A stretch of 64,000 nucleotides of DNA from Hemiscyllium ocellatum (Eukaryota), in contig NC_083410.1 in NCBI RefSeq assembly GCF_020745735.1, positions 39,468,117 through 39,532,116 of the forward strand, written 5' to 3'. Positions 46,341 to 60,461 of this stretch are shown here, piece after piece. The notes beneath the pieces were generated by a model that saw only the letters and a program-made list of their open reading frames with translations, had not been told where the DNA came from and did no database searches. The translations under genes and the position numbers were made by a program. Position 1 is the stretch's first letter. Each line of letters starts with the position of its first letter.

Positions 46341-49300
46341 ATGTTATTATTAAATGAGCGTCTAGCTCCATTAGCAGAGATTTATGAAGTAGTAACATTT
46401 TATGGGAATTCACGGTCTGATCCAGAGTGAAGAACAATTCCTTCAGGTGAGATGTAACTCAGAACTGAGTAAACATTTCTGCTGTAAATAACAGGAATAT
46501 ACACTGGGTACAAGGAACAAATTAATTTATTCTAACTCTGGATTTTCCATATATATTTCATTTTAAAAGTGTAAGAACTGAAAATAATCTACATAATTAG
46601 CAAGCTGCGAACAATGTTGAAAATGGCTTTTGTTTCCTATTGGCAAGAATAATCTCAACTGTAACCCTGATTAAGTGCAATGTTAAATCAATTTTTATAA
46701 AGAGCATTTTGTCAACAGAAAATAAATGACTTGAGGTATTAGCGTTTTCCTTAAAAAAAAAGAGAGAACTGTTTATAATATTTATTCTGAATCCATATTT
46801 GTAAAGCTGTTAAAAGACTAGAACAGCAATGAATACTACAAAGCATAGGATGGTGAGGTGTGCAGACGGAAACACCCAAGAAAGGTTCATGGTAACACAA
46901 AGGCAACAAACTCTAACAAGTTTCCTTTTGTGGAAAATAAACTTAATTCATACCATAATGCTTTCAACGGGAAATTGTGGGATCTATCTCTGCAACTTTC
47001 ACTCAACAAATTAAGAGAGTTTCTTGATCCTTTTTTTTCTTGAAAGAGAAAAGAACAATGCTGAAATAACACTTTTACTGCATATACTACAGCATGATAG
47101 AATTGTGCAGTTTTTGTAATATTATGAAGGACCTCACCATAGCTGTCTGTGACCAATCCTTTTAATCAATGACTGGTTATTTAACACCAGACCTATTCAG
47201 TATCCTTTGTCTATCTGCTTAACTCAACAAAAAAAAAGCCACGGTACTTCAAACAATTCTTTCTTTAACACTTCTCTGTATCACTATTGTGAAAATACTA
47301 GCCAGAGAATGATGTATAAAACTATTGTACTGCAAGTGAATAGAACATATGCTATGAATTTAACAAAAACTACTGTGGTTATTTCATCTCACAGGAATGT
47401 CCATGAAAACAAAAATGGACAAATGGAATAAGAGAAACAAACAAAGCTTTGTAATTTCCCAAAATTCCTTCCTCCTCTAGGTTGCATTTTTAATAAGAAA
47501 AAGATGCTACAACACAGTCATAGAGATGTATAGCTCTCCCCTTCCTGAAGGGAATTTATGCAAAAGGACTCCATGAAAACAATAGCCCTTAGACACTTGG
47601 TTTGATTGGCCTTTTTTATGTGTGAACTTTATTCTTAGGTAGGTCAATTTATAACTGACAAAGCTGCAGTTAAATTATATCCACACTGGCACCCACAAAC
47701 ACTGCCAGCAGAAAGAGAAAGATCATGCAAGGATAGTTTTTTTAAAGCTTTGAAGCAAAAACATTGAGAATAAGTGCAGCACTCTTGCTTAGTTGCAGTC
47801 GATAAGCTGAACTCAGGGCAGCCTAGGAATTACAACTAAAACCTTGTTATATATGCAGGAATTGTCAAATAAATCAAAGTGCATTGAGACCAAACACAAA
47901 AGCAGAATTTTTTTGATTAATGTAACCATCTACAGTGCAGGTTTGTGTGTCCAATTGAGAAAATTACTTGGAAAGGACAAGGTCAATATCTCCAAATACT
48001 CAAAACAGTGAAAGTCAATCTACAAGATGGACAAAGTGATAAGTTTAAACAAAATATTAGCTGATATAATCCCTCTAATAAACATGATTTATTAACAAAA
48101 CAAACTTATGCTTATTATAAACTAATTCAAAGTAAGTTATTCAATATTATACAGATCAGGCACTTTACTCATACCAGAGAATTTGCATTTACTTTCTGTA
48201 TCCTACTTGAACTGTCATGAAATGTTATTTCAAGGTGGAGTAAATAGGATTAAAGGCTAATAAAATAATCATCTTACATTTCAAAATATCATTAAAAACT
48301 GCAGCTGCAAGCTATGTTGTAATTAAAGAAATGCAGAAAGCTCACAACATGACAGTTTGACAGATCTGGGCCACTAAAGAATAAGAGACCTCAGAGTAAT
48401 GTTGGACAATTAGAGGTACTGAGGCTATTCTCCTTAAAACAAGGAAAGTTAAGGGAAGTTATGACAGATGAAAAATTTTTTCCTAATGGAGTAATGAAAA
48501 TGCTTTCCAACAGGGGAGGGTAACCAAAGGTTGCTGATATTCGAGAACTGGCAAAGAACCAGAGGAAAGGTGGTTATTTTGGAAACATTTTGCTAAAATC
48601 TAGAATGGACTGTTAACAAAAAAAATGGAGAAAACAGATTTAATAGTAATCTCCAAAAGGTTATGTGCTTACAGATGAAGAAGTTGCTGTACAATAACCA
48701 AAAGGTAGGGGAACAGACAAACTGAATATCACTTTCTCATAACTGATACGGAGAGGATGGATTAAATGGGCTCTTTCGGAACGATATGTAAAGCTTGAAA
48801 TAATTTAAACATTATTGCACAAATTACAACAAAGAAATGTCTGTGCATAACTACTCGTCTGAAAAAAGTGAACTATGATTTTTGTTCTGAACTAAATTTT
48901 AGGACAGTTTCTCTGATTAATTAGACAATTTAAAAATTGAATTGTTACAGAAATTTTGGAAACTGCATTGGAGAATAAATCTCAAGTTCTGTTCTGTCAG
49001 TGACCAAGGGAGAAATGCACACCCTATCAGAAATGACAAAATATTCTAAATTACCATTGCAAATTCTATTTGCCTTCAGTGACCCTGTAATTAAAAAGGA
49101 GGAACACAATCCAAGGCACAAGCATTTTATAGCTCTCTAGCATGACTTTCAGCTGAGAAAAGAATCTGAGGCTGATTGTATGTCTATTAACAATGTCCAA
49201 AGTCAATACAAGTGTGTCTCAGTATGATGAGAAAATGATGGAAAAGAAAGGTGAGATGGGTGTGGAAGAATTTTGGAAAGTAGCTAAGACTTTATTTCAA

Positions 49301-49514
49301 ATATCTATAAAACATTTACTGTAAAGTCCATATTTTCATCAGTTACTAATTTGCCTATACACACACAAAACATTATATACACAATTTCACTCATTCTAGA
49401 TCCCACTGTTCTTTGTCTGGTTTCAGAAAGGAAAATAGAAAACTCTTGAGAAAGCATCAATGATGAAAATGAATGTTTGAAAAAAACCTAAAATACAGAA
49501 GGTGCCTTAGTCTG

Positions 49515-49705
49515 GAGGTTGGTTAGCTCAGTTGGCAAGACTGCTGGTTTGCAATGCAGAAAGATGGCCACAGCATGGGCCCTGCACCCACAATGGTCAC
49601 CACAAAAGATTCTCCCCCTCAATCTCTTGTCTCGCCAGAGTTCAAGTGACCCTCAGGTTAAATCACTATCAGTCGTCTTCTCAATACTAGGGTTATGGCA
49701 ATTCC
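49515..49705 (+). mobile_element. Old tRNA-headed SINE remnant
   Basis: A-box-like ggttagctcagttgg head; no intact cloverleaf. Confidence 0.4.
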
Positions 49706-50227
49706 CCAGACAAGAACATTGCTTGTTTATGGTCAGCCTCTGGAGTGTTTGCAATGCATGGTCTAGTTGTTATGATTACAACATGAGGCAAGCACAAGAA
49801 AGTTTAAGCATTTATTTTGTTAAACCTTTTATTTTACAAAAGGTACGTTATATGCATTAAAACATTGCTGTTATTGATTCACATTTTCTACCCTGTATTG
49901 TATATCAAATTTTCTGGATGGTTGGAACCCTTACAATTGATTCTCCTTACAAAGTATGATGGCTACTTATGAATTCAGAATGTGAGTTTTCCAAGAACAA
50001 TTCATGCAAGTAGTCTTTACAGCATACTTGATTTTTCTCGGTTTAAAATGTATAGCATAAAACCTAGTAGTGATAGCTTCTTTAAAATTGAACAGTAGAT
50101 CATTTGGAAGTTAAATGATCACGCCATTATTTTGAAAAATACTGAAGACTATCACAATTTAAGGGTTTCAATCATAAGACATATTTGAAGCAATAATTAC
50201 TCAAAATTATACATAGATTATTTTATT

Positions 50228-51620
50228 ATTTGTTCATGGGATGTGGGTAGTGCTGTTTAAGCCAACATAATTTGCCAGCCCTGATTTTCTTTGTGAAGCT
50301 GATGAGCTGCCTTCTTGAATTGCTGAAATCTTTGGGGTAAAGATACGTCAAATGTGTTGAAGGGAAGCCAGCAATTTGATCCATGGAACAGCAACATCGT
50401 TTAAAGTCAGAATGATATGTGACTTGGAGGAAATCTTGCAGGTGGTCATGTTCCAATACACCTGCTGCCTTTGTCCTTCCACATGACACAGGTTGGACGT
50501 TTGAAAAGTGCTGCTGAAAAGAGCCATGTTGCAGTGCAACTTGCAGATGGTAACATTGAACATTCATTCCCTGGCAGCAGTGGTGGCAAAGTGCTGGCTG
50601 AGAGTTGTCAGAACTGCACCTACCCAGGCAAATGAAAGCAAATCCACAGCATTCCTGTCCTGCACCTTGTAGATGGTAGACAGACTTTGGGGAGCCAGGT
50701 GGGAAGTTACTTGCTGCAGATTTCCTGGTCTCTGACCCACAAACATACCCATAATATTTACAATCTTAATACAATTCAGCATCTGATCAATGGTAATCTC
50801 CAGGATTTTGATGGCAAGGGATTCAGTGACATCAAGGTCAAATGGTAAGAGTCTCTCTTGTTGAACATGCTCTTAACTTAGTGCTTGTCTCGGTGGCATA
50901 AATATTACCTGACAATTACCAGGCAAAACTTTATCCAACCTTGTATACAGACAAAGGCTGCTTCATTATCTGAAAAATCATGAATGACACTGAAATTTTG
51001 TAATCACCAGTGAACATCCCCATTCCTGATCTTATGATGGAGGAAAGATTATTAAGAGGGAAGATTATTAACCAAAAATGGTTGGGCTGACAATGCTACT
51101 CTGAGAAACTCGGGGACAGAGATGATTGACCACCAATAACCACAACTATACTTTTGTGCTGGGTATGGCTTCAACCAGCAAAATACTTTGCCTAATTCCC
51201 ATTGATCTTAGTTAGTTAGGTTTCCTTGAAGCCGTAATCAGTCAAATGGCATCATGTTATTTCAGGTAGTCACTCCTGCCTCACCTTAAAATCAGGTCTT
51301 TAGACCAAGGTTATAAATGAGGTCAGGAACTGAGTGGCGCATGCGGAACCAATACTAGGACCTAATGAGCTGGTTACAGCTGATTAAATGCTACTTGATA
51401 GTGCTGTCAACCTCAAACCGTTCTGTCATTTTGCTGATGATCCAGAATAACCTGACAGGGTGGTTATTAGTTTAGTTAGATCTGTCATACTTTCTGCAGA
51501 TAGGTTTTACCTGGGAAATTTTCACATTAGCAGTAGAAGCCAGTGTTGCAATTATATAGGAATAGGAGGGCAGCTAGTTCTGTCTTCATTGGTTGTTGAA
51601 ATGTTGTCAGGACGTGGCTA
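50228..51620 (-). mobile_element. Old CR1-like LINE 3' part
   Basis: ORF 50564-50782 has HLAPQSLSTIYKVQDR; tail matches 63400-63460. Confidence 0.65.
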
Positions 51621-52959
51621 AGATTTGCTTGATTGTTGGCAATGTTAGGCTGTACTCTCAAATAATGAATCCAACAGTTCAGGTAAAAAAAAATTACAAT
51701 AATATTACTTGTGAATTCAATGGTAATAGATCAATTATTTCAAACAAGCTAAACTATTTTCCGAAGTGATTCTGACCTATAACATTGAATACCTTCAATA
51801 CATGGTTCAGACATACCCAGTCATATTCCTAATGTTTCTTCAGCATGAACAGTACGTCAATTCCAATCATTAAACCAAAAGCCATTATTTATAATCTACA
51901 ACCCACACCTTCATCAACTTAATTGCAGTCAATCTTTGATGTCCTTCCATTCTAATTGTTCAAGTTTTCTTTATATTGTTTCAAGTCCAATGGTGCATGC
52001 TACATTGAATATGGTTTAGAACATCAAGCCAGTCACATACCCAATTTGTTCCCACATTTTCTTGCTCTATTTCCTCAGTCACTGAACTACTTCAGTTCCC
52101 AAGACCTGGCACCTTCTACGCTGACCCAATTCCCAATAAACCTGCATCTCTTTCCACTCTTGCAGCTTCATCTAGTAAATCTCCAAGAACTTGTGTTTTT
52201 GTCACCTCCACCCTGAGCAACATCCATACAGATAGAGGAGTTAGCTTCCACAGGTAAGTGAGCACACCCAGCTCTGATTTCCACCATCTATGTTGACTCA
52301 TCCGCTGTCTTGAAGTTGACCCCTCACTTGTTCGGATTTGGACAAGTCACAATTTCCTCCAGTGAAGTGTCAGGAAGACTGACGATTTTGCCCTCAGCCA
52401 TTGTCAATGATTGAATCAGTCTATTCAGAATCGTGGCAGAATATTCAACCCAGACTTCAGGTTTCAATGCCAATATCCATTTATCATCCCTCATCTGTTG
52501 GGAAAACTATCCCCCATGCCTATATTGTCTCCAAAGAAATCTAACAGTGCATAACATTGTGAGAATTCAGGTGTATATTTATTATCAGAAATCAAGCTGG
52601 TGACAAAAAGGAACACAACTGGCTCAGAAGCATTATCACAGTCGAACACAATCAAACATTCTCTGACTGAAAGCCAACAAGTGATATTAGTGCGCAGGTC
52701 TTCTTTGCCCAACATTAAATACCAAATGCTCACATTCAAACTACCACCATTCACATTGCTCATTTTTTCTGTAGCACTGAAAACTGCCACTCCCTCCTTC
52801 TTAAATCAGCATACTAATCTCATCGTAAACAATTTTAGTCTCAGCAACACTTCTTGATTTGAATAATGCCAATGCCTGAAACACTCCTCCATTGGAACCA
52901 ATACAAAGCTCTCCATAAGTTCTCCTTCTCTGATGAAAACAATATTGGTCAACTTTAAG

Positions 52960-54190
52960 ACTACAAGACGGAGGAGCAGAAAGGGGTCATTTAACCCATT
53001 GAGTCTGCTCTGCCATTCAATTAAATCATGTTTGATATAATAATCAATTCCACCTTTCCTGCCCTTTCCCCCAACCATTGATTCCATTCCTGATTAAAAA
53101 ATGTCTCAGGCTTGAATATATGTAAAGGTCCAGCCTTGAAAGCGCTCTGCAGTAAAGGATTCCATAGATTCACTACCCCAAGAGAAGAAACTGCTCAATC
53201 TTAAATGAAACCTCTTATTCTGAGGTTATGTCCTAGACACTCCCGCAAGAGGAACAACCTTTCTGTATTTACCCTGTCAAGTCCCCAAGAATCCTCGATG
53301 TTTCAAGATGATTGTCTCTAATTCTTCTAAATTTGAATGAGTACAATGCTATCCTATTCAGCATCTCCTGATAAGACAGTCCCTCCACAACTGAGTGAAC
53401 CCTCTCTGGACTGCCTCCAAAACTAGTACATTTTTCAAGAGATAAAGGGACCAAAATAGTTCAGAGTGTTCTTGCTATGATCTGATTAGAGTCTTATATG
53501 GCATTAACAAAACCCCCACCACCTTTATATTCCATTCCATTTGCAATAAAAGCCAACATTCTATTTGCCTTCCCTACTAACCACTGAACTTGGACCCTAG
53601 ACTTTATGATTCATGAATGAGGTCTCTCAAAGCTCTGTTCTGTAGTTTTCTGCAGTCTTTCTCTATTTAAATAATATTCAGCACCTTTATGCTTCCTGCT
53701 AAATGGCATAATCTCATTTTCTCACATTATAATCAAACTGCAAAATTTTGTTTGCAGACTCTGTAATCCTCACCACTTGCCTTCCCACTTATTTTCAGAT
53801 CATCCACAAACACAGCAATAGCACATTAACTTCCTTCATACAAGTCATTTTTAAACATTGTAAATAATTATGGCCCCAGCACTGATCCCTGGAGCACTCC
53901 AATAATTACAGAATGCCATCCTGAAAAAGTCCCCCTTATCCCAAATCTTTCTATTAGTTAGCCTATGTATCCATGATTTCTTCAACACCATGGGATCTTC
54001 TCTTATTAAGTAGCCTAATTTATGGTATCTATCAAATACCTCCTGAAAATCTAAATATATTACGTCCACTACTTCCTCTTTGTCTATCCTGCATGACACT
54101 GTCTCAAAGAATCCTATGAATTTGTCTGGCATAATTTACTCTTCACAAAGCCATGCTGACTCTGTTTCATCAAATTATGTATTTTAAATG
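52960..54190 (-). mobile_element. Old CR1 RT/3' fragment
   Basis: ORF 53851-54132 has FFETVSCRIDKEEVVDVIYLDFQEVFD; CR1 3' end near 52970. Confidence 0.75.
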
Positions 54191-55470
54191 CCCTACCATG
54201 ATATACATTGCTTCAAGCAAACTTTGCCACTAATTCTTGCCCAGAACATCATTATCTTTGATACACAATTGTGCACTTATGTTGCCTGCGTCTATGTTCT
54301 GATTAAAAACATTAACACTATTTCTCTCTCCTCAGATGCTGTGTTTTGGTTTTTTTTGCCTACTCAGCGGCAGCCTTTTGATTCATATTCAGCAGTGACT
54401 TATCTGGGGAACTGCAGCCAGTGCAGAGTGTCAAGCTTCTGGAAAAATATGAACATTAAAGGTTAAATATATAAAATCATGTGCAAAGGTGGCTTGCATT
54501 CCTTTGGCTTACAAAATTGTGTGTGTATATCTATGTAAGGGGTGTGTTAATCACAGGGCTTAAAATGAATAAAGGATTCAATACTGTAGATGGAGAATAT
54601 TTTCCTTTGGTGAGGAAATTTGGAACAATTAAACAATCTTAACACTCGAGTTGGTTATTTGGGAATTGAATTGGTAATCATGTTTTCCACAGAAAACCTG
54701 ATAGAAACCTAGAAATCTCTCAAGCAAAAGACTGGATACCAGATCTGAATTGTTGGTTAAGGAGATCAAGAGTTATGGTAAATTACAATTCTATACAGAT
54801 CAGCCACAAATAAATTGAATCTTCACAAAGACTTTACAGCCTGAATGACCTATTCCTGAACCTATATAGTTAGGATGATACCCCAATAGCACAGTATAGT
54901 ATACTCAACCTCAGGGAATCCAATTACTTACAATAACAATAACTGTGGATCAGTGCCATGTGAATGAATCAGATGCCACATGATCAAACCTCCACGTTCA
55001 TGTCAAATAAAAGTTGGAAACTCTGCTGCCATATGATGGGAAGGAAACCAGGGTGATCAGCCATCTGATTTTCTAAATGGCAAACAACCTGGTGTCTCCT
55101 CAGTAAGTTGGCTGGAAACAAAAGTGAAATCAGGAGCTGCAGATGTAAAGCTATATCCTACCATAAACACAACCCTGACAGTACCTAATTTGAATTGCCA
55201 CAGCCAACAGTTGAATATCAGGACAAAATATCACCAAATTTCCACACATGTATATAATATAAGATATTTAATATATAGACCAGCAATGGGATCCACTGGT
55301 CTGATTTTCCTGACAGCCTTGATAAATCAGGGGAAATTTACATAATTTGAATAATCTAAAATAGACTGAAAGATTCTCTGAAAAAAAATCAATAACCTTT
55401 GATGATAAATACACATTTAATATGAAATGCATTATGAAGGAGGATCAAAAACCTTTCAACACCGAAAGCA

Positions 55471-55476
55471 TTTATT
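55471..55476 (-). terminator. Probable distal UBR2 polyadenylation signal (AATAAA on minus)
   Basis: tttatt at the edge of the repeat-free AT-rich stretch that follows the UBR2 stop codon. Confidence 0.5.
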
Positions 55477-58400
55477 TTGAATCTTGAGATTCTTTTTTTT
55501 TACATATAGTACATAGTACCAATTATACATGAATTCAACATATATTAACAGCCCATTTATTACAAGTCTTCTCTCAAATACCGAAAGTATTCCTATTTTA
55601 TAAACATTTCTACAGTGAATGTAAATACATGCTAAATGGTTTCATGACAGGAGATTGCACAATACATGTGAATATGGTTAATTTAAGGTATTAATAGGAT
55701 AAGGAAAAGAAAAGAAGTGGGTGTGCTCTTTTTTCAACAATACATAGGTTAGTTTCAAACCAAAGATAGACTTCTCTCAGCTTTGTCAGATTTTCATCTA
55801 TATTTATAACAAGGTCAACCAACAATGGGAAAACAGAAGTGTCATTTTCACAGCAAACTATTTTAGTCGAATGGAAACAAAATTATCTGGAAGACCAAAC
55901 ATATGCTAATGTTATATCCAAATTACAGCACCTGCGTATTTTCAGGTTTATTCAAGCATTAAAAAGTCTTCCTGCATTGACTCTATGTAAAATAGAAAAT
56001 CTCTAAAAATGGACCTTCCATTTTTGAAAGATATAGTAATGCATGAGATTGCATCTACTACTTTTATCAATACACAAGTGTAATTTATCTACTTCATATG
56101 CCAGTGGCATGAGGTCTGTTAAACAGATTCTGTGGTGGCCTACTGTTTACATGGAAATAGTATTAATCTTTGTTTGTTGATCTTAATAAAGTAGTCACAA
56201 AGGAACAATGGGTTTCAAGTAACATCAAAATATTTTCCAACAAGAGAACATATTTTAAGTAGTACTGAAGAACAATAAAGTTGAAGTGTTACTGGAACAG
56301 ATATATTACTAGAGAATGAAATGGCATTATGATCCACTAAAAGCTTGAACCTAATTTAGAAAACATAAAAGATGTATTAAGTTTATATGGTGCCTCTTAA
56401 GATTTTAATAAACTACTAGATTTCAAGTATTGCATATATAAAATTTAGTAAAATGTGCATAAAAACTTTGACTGATAAGTAATATGCATCTCAAATTAAG
56501 GAAAAACAAAAACAGCTATCTTCAAAGATCAATGTAGAACAAGACAAGAAAGTGCAGTATTAGTTGACTGAAAATCAATGAAGATCACCGGAAGATATAG
56601 AGTTGATTCACCTATTTTCACCAACATAGAAGCCATTAAAAAATAAATGACAGATGTCCTCCTATTCAATTCTAACTATGAAGACATAAGCCTCAAGACA
56701 CGAAGGAAAAAACCCACAAGAGTGGTTCTTGAATTCAGCAGATTGAGATTTAAGCAAAGACTGGGTCTTGCATGACTGGAATAAATTAATTTAGAGGGAA
56801 TACAAGATTACAGGTATTGAATGGATTACTCCAGGACACTATTTTAAACTAAACCACAGCAGTTAGATGCTCAAAGGAATAAAAAGCAATTTAACTGACA
56901 TAACTGAATGGATTATTAGTTAGGGTTGCAAATGTGTGAAATTCATCTGAAAAACTACAGAAGCTGTCATGTCAGTACAGTAGGATCGCTCTGGATGGAT
57001 GAACTGAATGGCTTTCCTTGTACATATCGACCTTCTGAAATAACCAGAACTGTGAAGAACTAGAACCAGTATTTAGCAAAAGTCAAGGTGTCAGCATTGA
57101 ACTCACATGTCAAATAGTAAAGAATTAAACAACTTCCCTGACAGACATGTTTGGAAAGCTATGTTGTCTCGGGATTAAATTTTCAGGTTCTGACAAATTT
57201 ATCAACAAAGTTAGCTAAAAAGCCATAAATTTTTTGTTGTTAATTACCTTGATCTTCATTCATCAATGCAAGATCCAATTATTACATTTAGTGTTACAAG
57301 TCCAGATCCAGAACTTATTTATTTTTAGATTATTTAATTTTGGATGGCTACAAACAGCATTATTGAAAATAATTAGCCATATGCTTTGTGCTGAAGATTT
57401 CCATCATATCTTCAGCAGCTGCCTTTTAAAGAAACAGAATTAGTTATTTCCCCTTTGTTTAAATTGTCCATCTCAGGATGAAATACTGATGAAATGCATG
57501 AAAATTCAGAAAAAATATTGTAGCACAAGCAATCCAATATAATGGCTTTACTACTTCACCCTGAAACAGGAGGACGTTTGTCAGATTTCTCACCTCCCCC
57601 AGAAAATTCAAAGTAACAATGCACATGAAGATCATATTGGTTCTGATAAATTTACTCACATTTTGAGCACCAATTTTAACTGTCTACAACTCATTTGGAA
57701 GTGTCAAATGATGTGTTGCACATTTAAACCATATGCCAGAGCTGTTAACAGGAAAAGATTCTACTGAAGGCAAACGTAGTCACAAAATATGTTGCTCATG
57801 TTCATATGCAAAATTAGTTTTAAATCAAATGAGTCTACCCATTCAAATTAATATACATTAGGACCACTTAGGAATTCACAACATAAACAAGAACTGAATC
57901 CAATCCATATTTGACCACATTCTATGAAGTTGTCAAAGTTGTAACACAATTAATTCGCTCATTTTACTACATTCTCAATAAAACAAAAAGGTATCATGAA
58001 TTTGGATAATTATGGAGCAAAATCTTCCAAAATGCTGGGCAGACTATCTTACCTAAAATATCCATTTAATCATACTTATTTCATTTTGTTTCAGAGACAT
58101 TTCTTTACTAGCTTCTACAAAGCATTGTATATTGCCTGAATAATTTACGCTTGAAACAACCCATGATCAACTCCAGCCAAAAGCAACAGAATCAGAGTTT
58201 TGCAAGGTACATGTTAACATGCAGGTTCTGACTAAAGTCTGAATTGAATATCTGATAAAATAATGCTCCAAATAAGCAAAGACAAGTAAATTAAAACTAC
58301 AAGCATTTCCTCTTTGCTCACTATCATTCCTATTAAAAGTAGATCTCAAGAAACCTCTAGTTAATTCTTGCAATTTAAAAAAAACACTAAGTTAACTGCC

Positions 58401-59173
58401 CTGATTACAGCCACTGCTTGCATACGACTTCTTTAAAAAATAAATTCATAGTAAACTGCACATTATAAAATAGCTTTATATATCCTTTAAACACATTTTA
58501 CAATATATTTTTTGTAACACACAAATAGTAAGATCTTTAACACAAGTAGAACAGTGGCAAACTGCTCTTTTAGTCAAGGAAATCCTTTCTTATTCTAGTG
58601 ACCACTGTATTCAAAGTTTGATTAGTTGACTGAAACCAGATGCACACCTTAAGAAAGCACATTCACAAATTGGTGTAAAGTGAGTAAACTACTATGGAAT
58701 CAAGTCAGAGAGGGAAAGCAAAAAAAAAGTTTCTAATTGAAGGCTGGCAATCTTTTCCAATTTGACCCAAAATTGTTCATGAGACATCACTAACTATAGA
58801 GCACAGAAACACACTTTGGATGTCTATATTGCATTACTCCAACACCTGATAAATAATTATGATTAAAAAACAGTGGCTTTGAAGATGTGGGTTTTATTAT
58901 CCCAAAACGTTCCACCGTTGTGGAGAAAATTTCAAGTGCAAATAAAGTGAATGACATGTCTTTAAAATACGCACTTCACATGCAATCCACATTTTCATAA
59001 TGACAGGTGAATAGTAATGTAGCCTTTCTCAAAGTCACTGTAATTCTGAAATAAGTGTTTCAAAATGGGTGGCCTGAGGTGTATTTCATTAAACCTGATC
59101 CTCTGACTTCTGGCAAGAGGACTTTTTTTTGCTTCAGGATGTGCCGAGTGCCTACAGTTCTATTAGAAATTAA

Positions 59174-59315
59174 TCACAAGTGCTGCCAGTCGATGCCAAC
59201 TAGTGTCTGGTTTGCTTCTTGTGCATGACCAATCTCCTCTGTGATGCTATGTTGCTGCCACAGTTTCTGCAGCTTCCTGTACCGCTCTTTGCAGAGATGA
59301 AGGGGATTCCCTCGT
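59174..59315 (-). CDS. UBR2: E3 ubiquitin ligase UBR2, last coding exon (absent from the ORF track)
   Basis: Acceptor ttcag|A; (R)[46 protein letters not shown], matching the UBR2 C-terminus. Confidence 0.96.
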
Positions 59316-59853
59316 CTGAAAAAAGCAATTCAAGTAAGATTACCATTGTCAAGTATTTATTATTATATATTCACCTCCTTCACCTCAAGAAAAAAAATAT
59401 AGTGCTCAAGCAGTTATAGTCATCGATATCTGGGACTCACTGAGGGATAAACAAATTCATTCACGTTAAAGATAGTGTAGATGAAAAGTAGATTAATAAC
59501 AATTTGGCAAATTATTCCAGCCTTGAGAATCATATTAAATATTGCAGGGATAAACTGTGACAATGGGCAAAACCTTTCATCAATTAGCTAAAATTTGATG
59601 ACTTGTACGGTTGCAGAAATTCACAAAGTAGGGCCACATGTATCAAAAATATTCTTTTCTCTAGCATCATGATCAGGAAACAGGTGGTCTAAACAGAATA
59701 AATCATACAGAATAACATTGAAACAAAAGACTACATGACAAGTGTATGCAGAGAACCTTTGGAACATTTATTTTAAAGCAATCTGAACTTGTGCATGTTC
59801 TTTCACTAAAACGTACAGCTCACATCTGTATCAAAAATATTTTAACTTTTTAC

Positions 59854-59955
59854 CTCAATCCCTGATCTGTCTCTCCATAATCATCAAGATAAGGCGGTGG
59901 ATAAAAACACCCTTTTGTCTTTCCAGCCAGGAACAAAATCTGGCTTTCTCGAACT
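59854..59955 (-). CDS. UBR2: UBR2 penultimate exon (102 nt)
   Basis: (R)VRESQILFLAGKTKGCFYPPPYLDDYGETDQGL(R); AG/GT boundaries. Confidence 0.96.
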
Positions 59956-60290
59956 CTGAAAATGCACAACAACCATAATAATGTAAAAACTATATGCAAT
60001 TTAGTTTATTTTTATAAAGTACTGAATTTGGGAACAAATTCTTCTCTCCTCTATTAATAAAGACTTAAGTCATCAGATATTCTTATAATTTAGCTCTCTG
60101 ACCAAAGGTGAGTGAAATGTTGCCTTTCGGGATGCTAGAGTCGGATGCTAGGATTTCAGTGCTTCAATTCTGAGTTACCGCCATATCATGATTATAATGA
60201 TTCATGCTTCAACATGATTATTACTTGAGGAACTGGTGAAGATGTAAGTCTCTAAGAGATTACAACAATAAGATTAAGGTTTTAACTCAC

Positions 60291-60461
60291 CGCAGAAAAA
60301 TTCCGACTCCACAACCACAAGTGTAGGTATGAGCAGTACAAGCCCCAACATCTTCTCCTTCCAGTTCTGTCTGACAGCAGTAGCTCTGAGAACACAACAT
60401 GCCCCCACAGACCAAGCAGAGTGTTGGTGCCCGACTTTTATCCCCACCTGATTTTGGACAT
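60291..60461 (-). CDS. UBR2: UBR2 antepenultimate exon (171 nt)
   Basis: CPKSGGDKSRAPTLCLVCGGMLCSQSYCCQTELEGEDVGACTAHTYTCGCGVGIFL(R); AG/GTGAGT boundaries. No further upstream exon was found in the window. Confidence 0.96.
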
